Source of the DNA: Acidobacteriota bacterium
GTDB lineage: Bacteria > Bacteroidota > Ignavibacteria > Ignavibacteriales > SURF-24
Direction of reading: 5' to 3'
Assembly: GCA_050258415.1 (NCBI GenBank)
Contig: JBLMYS010000361.1
Location: 1 to 56,380, forward strand
DNA: 56,380 nt
This document shows, piece by piece, positions 45,805 to 53,403 of this stretch. Numbering within the stretch: the stretch's first letter is position 1; each line of letters starts with the position of its first letter. A model generated the notes under the pieces. The model saw only the letters and a program-made list of their open reading frames with translations, did no database searches and was not told the DNA's origin. The translations under genes and the position numbers were made by a program.

Positions 45805-46905
45805 CTACTGGTATCCCGGAGTGGGACGAGGTATTATTTCCCAGTCAAGAGAGCCTTCATCCGTATCAACACCTGCCTCTCTTCTCTGCATCGAGTGCCC
45901 CTGATATGCCGGCGGTGAAAGGGAAAAAGTATTTTCCACCCTTCGATCCAATGTTTTCATCTGCCGACGGGAGAAGTTATATTCCACACCATCCAGAATT
46001 GTTGAGATGTCTATGCCGTCCTGCCAGTTCTCATCCTTCCCGCTTGCAACTATTATAACATCGTTTGTAAGCGACATTATAAAGTCAGCTGTTTTATCGG
46101 GTCTCATGTTGATGAGGTTGGGTACGTTTGGATTATCCAGATCTTTAGCTGAATACTGATTATAAAACTCCCAGTCTGCGTTTGAAAGATCCACACTCGA
46201 GGAATAAAATTTCCTGTGGTTTATGGCATTCTGTGCCAGAACAAGAAAGCTCATCGGCAGCATGGGATAGTTTTTCTCCCCGTACTTACCCGGAAATTTA
46301 AAGACATAGGTTGCTCCGTCAATATCGCCGTCGTTTCCTTCATCTGCTCCTGGTCCCTTATAGCCTTCGCTTATGCTGTTTCCAGTAAAACGCATAATTG
46401 TCATTCCATCCAGGTATTTTACGCTGTCGCTCGAATTGTACAATTCGATAAACTGGTCATAGAAATAAAAATCTGAGTTTACAGGCCCCCCCACGTATAA
46501 TTCGTTTATTACAATTCCTGAATTGACTACCGGTTTTGCATAAATCGTATCTATTTCCGTTTTTTCCGTTGAGGTCTCAATTGACAACCTGGTTCCGGCA
46601 TAAACTATCGAGGCATCTATAGGATTACGCATCCTTACTGAGACGTTGTAAGCCGTGCACGGCAGGCCGTCTAGTTCTACAACTCCGTTAATGTCTGTAG
46701 TCTTTACCATCAGTCCGTATTCAGAGCTTAAGATTACTTTTGCATTTGCCATCGGAATGTAGTTAGGATTTGAATCTGTTGAACTGTTCCAGAAGGCACG
46801 GATAATCATCTTTGAATTCCCATCCGCTACAACAGGAGGCTTTTCACTGCATCCCTGGGCAAGAATGAGCATCATCAAAGATATACAAAGAAGCAGTCTC
46901 TTCAT
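45805..46905 (-). CDS. DUF4876-like lipoprotein, paralogue of 39658..40788
   Basis: Lipobox AQGC; shares FYDQFIELYNSSDSVKYLDGM, KGPGADEG, GKDENWQDG, QRREAGVDT and PTPGYQ with the paralogue. Confidence 0.72.
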   Translation of the reverse strand: MKRLLLCISLMMLILAQGCSEKPPVVADGNSKMIIRAFWNSSTDSNPNYIPMANAKVILSSEYGLMVKTTDINGVVELDGLPCTAYNVSVRMRNPIDASIVYAGTRLSIETSTEKTEIDTIYAKPVVNSGIVINELYVGGPVNSDFYFYDQFIELYNSSDSVKYLDGMTIMRFTGNSISEGYKGPGADEGNDGDIDGATYVFKFPGKYGEKNYPMLPMSFLVLAQNAINHRKFYSSSVDLSNADWEFYNQYSAKDLDNPNVPNLINMRPDKTADFIMSLTNDVIIVASGKDENWQDGIDISTILDGVEYNFSRRQMKTLDRRVENTFSLSPPAYQGHSMQRREAGVDTDEGSLDWEIIPRPTPGYQ

Positions 46906-46985
46906 CCTATAATCCAGTAAAATAAAAGATCTGATAAATTAAGGGAAAAATCATTTTCTCACAACCGGAATTTTCTTCAGGCAGG

Positions 46986-47011
46986 AAAAAAAAGCCGGAC
47001 ATAAGTCCGGC
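46986..47011 (-). terminator. Intrinsic terminator of the hydrogenase operon
   Basis: Minus strand GCCGGAC-TTAT-GTCCGGC followed by T8. Confidence 0.8.
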
Positions 47012-47048
47012 CTTCTTTCGTCATTGGAGGTTACAAAAATACTTCATA

Positions 47049-48932
47049 TCATGCGATAAATTTACCGCGTTTCTGGTAATGCGTATGCAGCAGGTGATGC
47101 GAGAGCTCGCTGCACGGGCCTTCGGTCAGGAAGTTCTCATAAATATATTTTACATATGGATTTTCATGTGACTTTCTGAGCGTAAGGCTTTCATCCTCGG
47201 CATATATTGCCTCAGCGCGTTTTTGCCTGATCTCTTCTGAAGTCGGTATCGGCTGCCCTCCTCCGCCAAGGCAACCGCCGGGGCACGCCATGATCTCTAC
47301 AAAATGAACGTCACTGAGCTCACCCCTCTTTAGCATTTCCATGACTTTCTTTGCATTGGCCGTTCCGTGAGCAACAATAAACTTCAGCTCTACGCCCTCC
47401 AGGAAGCTGTATTCAGGCTTGAGGCCATCAAGCTTAACAGAAGCCTGTTTTATCCCTTCAAAGCCGCGGCATGGGGCTATGTTCAGGTTCTTAAAAGGAA
47501 CTTCCCTTCCTGTAACCAGTTCATAGACGGTCCTTAATGCTGCCTCCATAACGCCTCCCGTCGCGCCAAATATGAGTCCCGCTCCCGAGGCATCACCGAA
47601 AGGTTCATCGAAATGACTCTTCGGCATTTCAGGAAGGTAAATACCGGCTTCCTTTATCATCTGTGCGAGCTCACGCGTTGTAAGACCGTAGTCCACATCC
47701 TTAAAGCCCGAGGCTCTCATTTCGGGGCGGTTGCATTCAAACTTTTTTGCCGAGCAGGGCATAAGGGCAACCGAAACTATGTCCTTGGGGTCTATACCCG
47801 TTTCCTTAGCGTAGAAGGTTTTTATAACGGCTCCAAACATCTGCTGGGGCGATTTTGCAGTTGAAAGATAATCCAGGTATTCGGGATAGAAGTGTTCGAT
47901 AAACTTTACCCAGCCCGGTGAGCAAGAGGTGAACTGAGGAAGTTTTACAGATTCATCGCCCAGCACGATTGCTTTTTTAAGGCGGTTTAAGAGCTCTGTA
48001 CCTTCTTCCATTATGGTAAGATCGGCCGTAAAGTTCGTATCGAATACCCTGTCGAAACCTATTCTCCGGAGAGCCGAATTAAGTTCCCCTGTCAGTGAAT
48101 GCCCCGGTTCCAGGCCGAATTCCTCTCCGATTCCTGCTCTTGGCGATGGGGCCGTCTGAATGACAACGTGCTTTTTAGGATCGTCAATTGCTGCCCAAAG
48201 CTCATCCGAAGGATCATTTGCACGGAGGGCTGCCGTGGGACAGCGGTTTATGCACTGCCCGCAGTTAATGCATATTACATCGGCCAGGGGCTTATCGAAG
48301 AATGTGCCTATGTGTGTTTCGTGCCCCCTGTTAATTGCCTCAAGAACACCTACTTCCTGAAGGTCGATGCAGGTCCTTACACACCTTTTGCAGAGCACGC
48401 ATTTGTTCATGTCCCTTATTACGGAGGCTGAAGAACGGTCTACTTCATACCTGGGTTTGTCCAGGTGGCCGAAATTATACTGATCCACCCCGTACTCCTT
48501 GGCAAGTCTTTGAAGCTCGCAGTTCTGGTTTCTGAAGCATGAATAGCACTCGCCATAATGCTCGCTTAAGAGGAGGTCAATTATGTTGCGCCTGGCCTTT
48601 CTCACCATGGGCGTGGAAGTGTGGATTTTAATCGGAGCCGTAATCGGGAATGTGCAGGAGGCCTGTAAAGTACGCATCCCCTCTACTTCCACCACACATA
48701 CACGGCATACGCCTGCAACGCACAGGTCGTCGTGATGACACAGTGTGGGAATATGAATCTGGTTCTGCCTGCATGCATCAAGAATAGTTGTTCCCAGAGG
48801 AACGGAAACCTTCTTCTCATTTATCTCAATTGAAACAGTACCGCCTATGGTATTTATATCCCTTGGTTTTTCAACTACATGTGGCTTCTGGCTGACGGGT
48901 ACTCTGCTGCTGCGTGTATCTTTACTTTCCAT
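47049..48932 (-). CDS. hydA: Group A [FeFe]-hydrogenase catalytic subunit of a trimeric NAD(P)-linked enzyme
   Basis: N-terminal [2Fe-2S], His-ligated [4Fe-4S] and 2x[4Fe-4S]; H-cluster motifs TSCSPGW, MPCSAKKFE and EIMACPGGCLGGGG. The ATG at 48932 follows GGAGG. Confidence 0.92.
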   Translation of the reverse strand: MESKDTRSSRVPVSQKPHVVEKPRDINTIGGTVSIEINEKKVSVPLGTTILDACRQNQIHIPTLCHHDDLCVAGVCRVCVVEVEGMRTLQASCTFPITAPIKIHTSTPMVRKARRNIIDLLLSEHYGECYSCFRNQNCELQRLAKEYGVDQYNFGHLDKPRYEVDRSSASVIRDMNKCVLCKRCVRTCIDLQEVGVLEAINRGHETHIGTFFDKPLADVICINCGQCINRCPTAALRANDPSDELWAAIDDPKKHVVIQTAPSPRAGIGEEFGLEPGHSLTGELNSALRRIGFDRVFDTNFTADLTIMEEGTELLNRLKKAIVLGDESVKLPQFTSCSPGWVKFIEHFYPEYLDYLSTAKSPQQMFGAVIKTFYAKETGIDPKDIVSVALMPCSAKKFECNRPEMRASGFKDVDYGLTTRELAQMIKEAGIYLPEMPKSHFDEPFGDASGAGLIFGATGGVMEAALRTVYELVTGREVPFKNLNIAPCRGFEGIKQASVKLDGLKPEYSFLEGVELKFIVAHGTANAKKVMEMLKRGELSDVHFVEIMACPGGCLGGGGQPIPTSEEIRQKRAEAIYAEDESLTLRKSHENPYVKYIYENFLTEGPCSELSHHLLHTHYQKRGKFIA

Positions 48933-50148
48933 TGTGACCTCCGAAACCATTTTTATTGAATATTTCCTCTTTAAAGTTTTCGAGAATGGATAAAAATGCG
49001 TTCGGGCTTGACTGGCCCAGTCCGCACTTGGAGGCTACCTGCATGGTTTTGCCTAGTTCCTTAAGCTTGTTCAGCTGGCCGAAGGTATAAGTTCCCCTTT
49101 CCAGCTTTTCTATACCTTCAAGCAGTTTTACGTTTCCAACCCTGCACGGAGTACACTGCCCGCAGGATTCTTCGACAAAGAATTCCATAAAGTTCCTTAG
49201 CACCTTCAGCATATTACGGCTTTCATTAAAGATCATTATGGAACCTCCGGTTGCCGCATCCTCATAGGCCAGACTCCTGTCGAACTGCCCTTTGGGCACG
49301 CAAATGCCCGAGGCGCCGCCAACCTGCACGGCCTTTGTGTTCTTTGCGCCTACAATTTCCAGCAGGTCTTTTATTTTTGTTCCCCAAAGGAGCTCATAAA
49401 CTCCCGGGCGCTCGCAGTCACCAGAGACAGAGAACAGCTTTGAGCCGGTGGATTTATCTGTTCCGAATTTCTTAAACCACTGACCCCCTTTTACAATTAT
49501 TTGTGGTACAGAGGCAAGAGTTTCAACATTATTTACCACCGTTGGCCTTCCCATATATCCGGTATTAACCGGGTATGGCGGTCTGTTCCGGGCCTCCCCG
49601 CGATTTCCCTCGAGGGATTCAATTAAGGCGGTCTCCTCGCCGCATACATAAGCGCCGGAGCCAAGGCGGATTGATATGTCAAAGTTGAAATCAGGCTTGC
49701 CAAGAATGTTATTGCCAAGAAGATTATCCTGCCTCATCTGATCAAGATAATCCTCGAGCGCCTGGAGCATATATTCGTACTCTCCCCTTAGATAGACAAT
49801 TCCATGTTTGGCACCAAGCGTATAGCCGGCAATGACAATGCCGTCGAAGACAAGTTCAGGATATTCCAGGAGGAGCACCCTGTCCTTAAATGTTCCCGGT
49901 TCACCCTCATCGGCGTTACAGACGATGAATTTTTCTTCTGAATTGGCTGCTGCCACGAGCATCCATTTTGTTGCAGTCGGGAACCCGGCGCCTCCGCGGC
50001 CTTTTAGTTTGGATTCCCTGAGTTCAAGGAGAACATTCTCCCGGCCAATCTCCATAGCTTTCCTGATGCCGTTAGCGCGGCTGTAGCTGGAGAACAAAAC
50101 AGCCCCATCGCGCTCCTGTGCGGCGGGTATATTTCCGTTTAGTTTCAT
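48922..50148 (-). CDS. hydB: NuoF-like flavin/NADH-binding hydrogenase subunit, short form
   Basis: GRGGAGFP, NADEGEPGTFKDR, YVCGEETAL and ESCGQCTPCR...C. Confidence 0.88.
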   Translation of the reverse strand: MKLNGNIPAAQERDGAVLFSSYSRANGIRKAMEIGRENVLLELRESKLKGRGGAGFPTATKWMLVAAANSEEKFIVCNADEGEPGTFKDRVLLLEYPELVFDGIVIAGYTLGAKHGIVYLRGEYEYMLQALEDYLDQMRQDNLLGNNILGKPDFNFDISIRLGSGAYVCGEETALIESLEGNRGEARNRPPYPVNTGYMGRPTVVNNVETLASVPQIIVKGGQWFKKFGTDKSTGSKLFSVSGDCERPGVYELLWGTKIKDLLEIVGAKNTKAVQVGGASGICVPKGQFDRSLAYEDAATGGSIMIFNESRNMLKVLRNFMEFFVEESCGQCTPCRVGNVKLLEGIEKLERGTYTFGQLNKLKELGKTMQVASKCGLGQSSPNAFLSILENFKEEIFNKNGFGGHNGK

Positions 50149-50156
50149 ATTGGCTC

Positions 50157-50630
50157 CTATTTAATTTCATTTAGAATATTAATTGCTTTTTCAGGCGTCA
50201 GGCGGGTATAAACCTTATCATTTACGATCATCGCGGGCCCCTGATCACACATTCCAAGGCAGTTTGCATATTCTAATGTAATTCTCTTGTCTTTTGTGGT
50301 TTGGCCGAAAGTAATTCCCAGTTCCCTTTCTACAGCCCTTGCAACGGCTTCCTTGCCCGACATGTCGCAGGCTATTGTCCGGCACAGACGCACGATGTTC
50401 CTGCCCTGAGGCTCTGAATGAAGGAATGAATAGAAAGAAACCACACTGTATACTTCAACAGGATGAATGTCAAGAAGCCTGGCAATTTCCTGCTGCACAA
50501 AGTCGCTGATATACTTGTGTTTTCTCTGCACTGCCTGAAGTATCGGAAGCAGGGCTGAGCGTTCGGTGCCGTATTGCTCCACGAGGCTTTCAACTTCTTC
50601 TGCTAACGAGTTTTTTTCCAGTGCCAGCAT
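50157..50630 (-). CDS. hydC: NuoE-like [2Fe-2S] hydrogenase subunit
   Basis: VVSFYS, C....C and CLGMC..GP motifs. Confidence 0.88.
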   Translation of the reverse strand: MLALEKNSLAEEVESLVEQYGTERSALLPILQAVQRKHKYISDFVQQEIARLLDIHPVEVYSVVSFYSFLHSEPQGRNIVRLCRTIACDMSGKEAVARAVERELGITFGQTTKDKRITLEYANCLGMCDQGPAMIVNDKVYTRLTPEKAINILNEIK

Positions 50631-50634
50631 TTTA

Positions 50635-51021
50635 TTACTCCTTAACCTGGTTTACCAAAAGTTTTTCAACCTTTTTAATTAATTCTTCATGTGTGATCGG
50701 TTTTTCAACAAAGTCATCAACAGGAACCATCTCACCTGCGCTATAATCCATTCCGATCGTCTTGGATACCGATGTATACATAATAATCGGGATGTGTATA
50801 TTCTCCCTTCTGAACTTCTGCGCAAGGAAGAACCCGTCATCAGGCTCATCCATCATCACATCCAGTATAATAAGATCCGGGTTGTGCTTGAGCACAATTC
50901 CATAGCCGTCATTTGGATTTGTAGCTGTAATTACCTCATATCCTTTCGATTCAAGAACCAGCGTACTGGCATCAAGGATATCCGGATCATCATCAATGAT
51001 TGCGATCAGTGACATAGGCAT
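50635..51021 (-). CDS. Single-domain response regulator
   Basis: IIDDD, LDVMM, TS and KP; no output domain. Confidence 0.9.
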   Translation of the reverse strand: MPMSLIAIIDDDPDILDASTLVLESKGYEVITATNPNDGYGIVLKHNPDLIILDVMMDEPDDGFFLAQKFRRENIHIPIIMYTSVSKTIGMDYSAGEMVPVDDFVEKPITHEELIKKVEKLLVNQVKE

Positions 51022-51127
51022 TCTCCAATTTAAAGTTGTTTGAAATTATTTTATTAAGGCGAATGAGAATCTATATTTACGGTCTGTCAAGTACCTTAAA
51101 ACCAGTTTCGGAAACAACCAATCCCCT

Positions 51128-51281
51128 GGAAATACTAATTGCCCGGGATACTAATTATCAGGAATACTAATTATCAGGAATACTAATTATCAGGAATACT
51201 AATTATCAGGAATAATAACTAACAGGAATATGATTAACAGGAAAAAATGCATATCAGGAATAACTGCATATCAGGAATAAC
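51128..51281. repeat. Degenerate ~16-bp tandem repeat, about 9.5 units
   Basis: GGAATACTAATTATCA is perfect at 51161, 51177 and 51193, with diverging 15-17-bp units on both sides. Confidence 0.9.
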
Positions 51282-51298
51282 CATTCTGAACAAGCCAG

Positions 51299-51357
51299 TT
51301 TTCAGGCAAAGTTTTTCAGCTGCCAAACCTTTTTTCAGTCAAGGTTTTTGAGCTGCC
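51299..51357. repeat. 26-bp imperfect direct repeat, two copies
   Basis: TTTTCAGGCAAAGTTTTTCAGCTGCC (51299) and TTTTCAGTCAAGGTTTTTGAGCTGCC (51332). Confidence 0.55.
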
Positions 51358-51373
51358 GCACCTATTCAGCAAT

Positions 51374-52864
51374 TTAGCCCTTTTTATTTATGCTGAGGGG
51401 CAGAAACACCGAGAAGGCTGTGCCTTCACCAGATTTGCTTTCAACCTCAACTTTGCCGGCATAGGAGTCCACAATGCGTTTTACGATTGAGAGCCCAAGG
51501 CCTGTACCGCTGATACCACGGGTCTTATCGTTTTTGGCCCTGTAGAATTCCTGGAACAGCCTGGACTTCTCCTCTTTTGTCATTCCTATTCCGGTATCAG
51601 AAATTCTGGTTATGAGGTAATTGCCTGAGTTACTGATGCTTATATCAATTGAACCATTGTCTTTGTTGTATTTGACGGCATTGCTCAAAATATTCGTAAA
51701 GAGCCTGTTTATTTCGTTCTGATCAGCTTTAAGTTTAATTCCAGGGGAATCGATGTGAAGGGAGACCGTAATTTTTTTCTTTTGCAGTTCAAGTTCGAGA
51801 AATTCAATAATGGATTTGATTGTCTGATCGATTTCAAGCTCTTTGATTTCGCGCTGTGTTTTCTTGAGCTCCATCCTGGAAATATCCAAAAGGTCGTTTA
51901 CCATTACAACAAGGCTCTGCAGCCTTGAGTATGACCTTTCCAGAAAGTCTTTCTCCTGTTCAGCAGAAACTTTTACTTCGTCGTCCAGGATTATCTTAAG
52001 AAAACCGATTACGGCGGCAATGGGTGTTTTCAGCTCATGAGCCACCATGGAAACAAACTGTGACTTTACGGCTTCAACTTTGACCGATTCGGTTACATTT
52101 CTTATGACAGTCACAACGCCTGCCAGCGAACCATCGGCTTGGGGAACCGGGGAACAGGTGGCTTCAATGACAAGTTCTTTATTTGGTTTTAGTTCAATCT
52201 GTGTTGAATATGAATTAGGGATGTATGTTTCGGAATCAATGAATTTTTTGATGATTGAAGTAATTTCAACGGGAAGGATTTCGAGGATTACATCCCCGAT
52301 AAATATTTCATGCAGATCCAGATACTTCAGGGCACTGGAATTATAGAGAACCAGCTCACCGGTCTTGTTAACTACCAGTGCTCCTTCTGTAATCGAATCA
52401 ATTATGGTTTTTAACCTTGTCTTTTCAAATGCTATCTCCAGAAGCCTTTCCTCACGCTCTTTTCTGAGGCGCTCGGCCTCGAGAATTAAAAGGCGCTTTT
52501 CATAACCTTTCCTGAGCTGCAGAAGAAGTTCTTCCGGAGTAAACGGTTTGGGAATATAACTGTAAGCGCCCAGCTTTGTCGACTCAATTGCAGTATCATA
52601 GCTTGCATAGGCAGTTGCTATGAAACATACTGTATTCGGATTTGCCTTACGGATCTCCTTAAGCACCTCGATGCCGTCTATGTCCGGCATTCTAAGGTCA
52701 ATGATGGCCAGATCAAACTCGCTCATCTTTGCCAGGCGGATCCCCTCGGTTCCGTTTTCAGCAGCCTCGGCATGAAAGCCCTCACTTTCCAAAAGTCGTT
52801 TTGTGCCGAGCCTGAGTCCTCTTTCATCATCCACAATCAGGACATGTGGTTTATGGTTTTCCAC
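51374..52864 (-). CDS. Hybrid histidine kinase (receiver, PAS, HisKA, HATPase)
   Basis: VDDE, DLRMP and KP; HELKTP, NILSNAVKY, DTGIG and GTGLGL; GTG start. Confidence 0.92.
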   Translation of the reverse strand: MENHKPHVLIVDDERGLRLGTKRLLESEGFHAEAAENGTEGIRLAKMSEFDLAIIDLRMPDIDGIEVLKEIRKANPNTVCFIATAYASYDTAIESTKLGAYSYIPKPFTPEELLLQLRKGYEKRLLILEAERLRKEREERLLEIAFEKTRLKTIIDSITEGALVVNKTGELVLYNSSALKYLDLHEIFIGDVILEILPVEITSIIKKFIDSETYIPNSYSTQIELKPNKELVIEATCSPVPQADGSLAGVVTVIRNVTESVKVEAVKSQFVSMVAHELKTPIAAVIGFLKIILDDEVKVSAEQEKDFLERSYSRLQSLVVMVNDLLDISRMELKKTQREIKELEIDQTIKSIIEFLELELQKKKITVSLHIDSPGIKLKADQNEINRLFTNILSNAVKYNKDNGSIDISISNSGNYLITRISDTGIGMTKEEKSRLFQEFYRAKNDKTRGISGTGLGLSIVKRIVDSYAGKVEVESKSGEGTAFSVFLPLSINKKG

Positions 52865-52977
52865 TTGTTTTCCTTTTTTAATTTCAGGAGCAGTTTTCAG
52901 AACAGATGATGAATCAAAAACCAGATACTTTTCCCGGATAAATTTACAAATAATTACTGATATACATTATATAAAAA

Positions 52978-53391
52978 TCAGACCACAGTTTCAAAGAAGT
53001 GCTCGATCTTTTTGAGGAGCTCCTCAAAAACAATCGGTTTGTTTAAGACTGCATCGCACTTTATCCATTCTTTCTCCTCGCTTGTTGAGGAACCGAATTT
53101 ATAACCGGTAAGATAAGTTGCACTTGTAAGAAGAAATACGGGAATATTTTTCCCGTAGGCATCTCTCTTGATCCTATGGCAAAGTATAAAACCCGAATCG
53201 TGTTCTTCCATAATAAGATCTAAAATTGCTGCATCAGGCTTTTCCTTCTTAAACTGGTTCCAGCCATCCTCAACATTTTCAGCCGTAACAATTTGATAAC
53301 CCTTGGATTCCAGCAAAATCCTGTGTTGTTCAAGCAAATCAATATCGTCATCAACCAGCAGGATCTTTTTTACTTTTTCGTGAACTGACAT
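52978..53391 (-). CDS. Single-domain response regulator
   Basis: LVDDD, LDLIM, TS and KP; no output domain. Confidence 0.9.
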   Translation of the reverse strand: MSVHEKVKKILLVDDDIDLLEQHRILLESKGYQIVTAENVEDGWNQFKKEKPDAAILDLIMEEHDSGFILCHRIKRDAYGKNIPVFLLTSATYLTGYKFGSSTSEEKEWIKCDAVLNKPIVFEELLKKIEHFFETVV

Positions 53392-53403
53392 TTATTCAAC
53401 TCC

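Noticed and set aside
51128-51281. CRISPR array, given the cas6 in the window
   Set aside because: Units are ~16 bp and directly adjacent, with no unique spacers; this is a tandem repeat.
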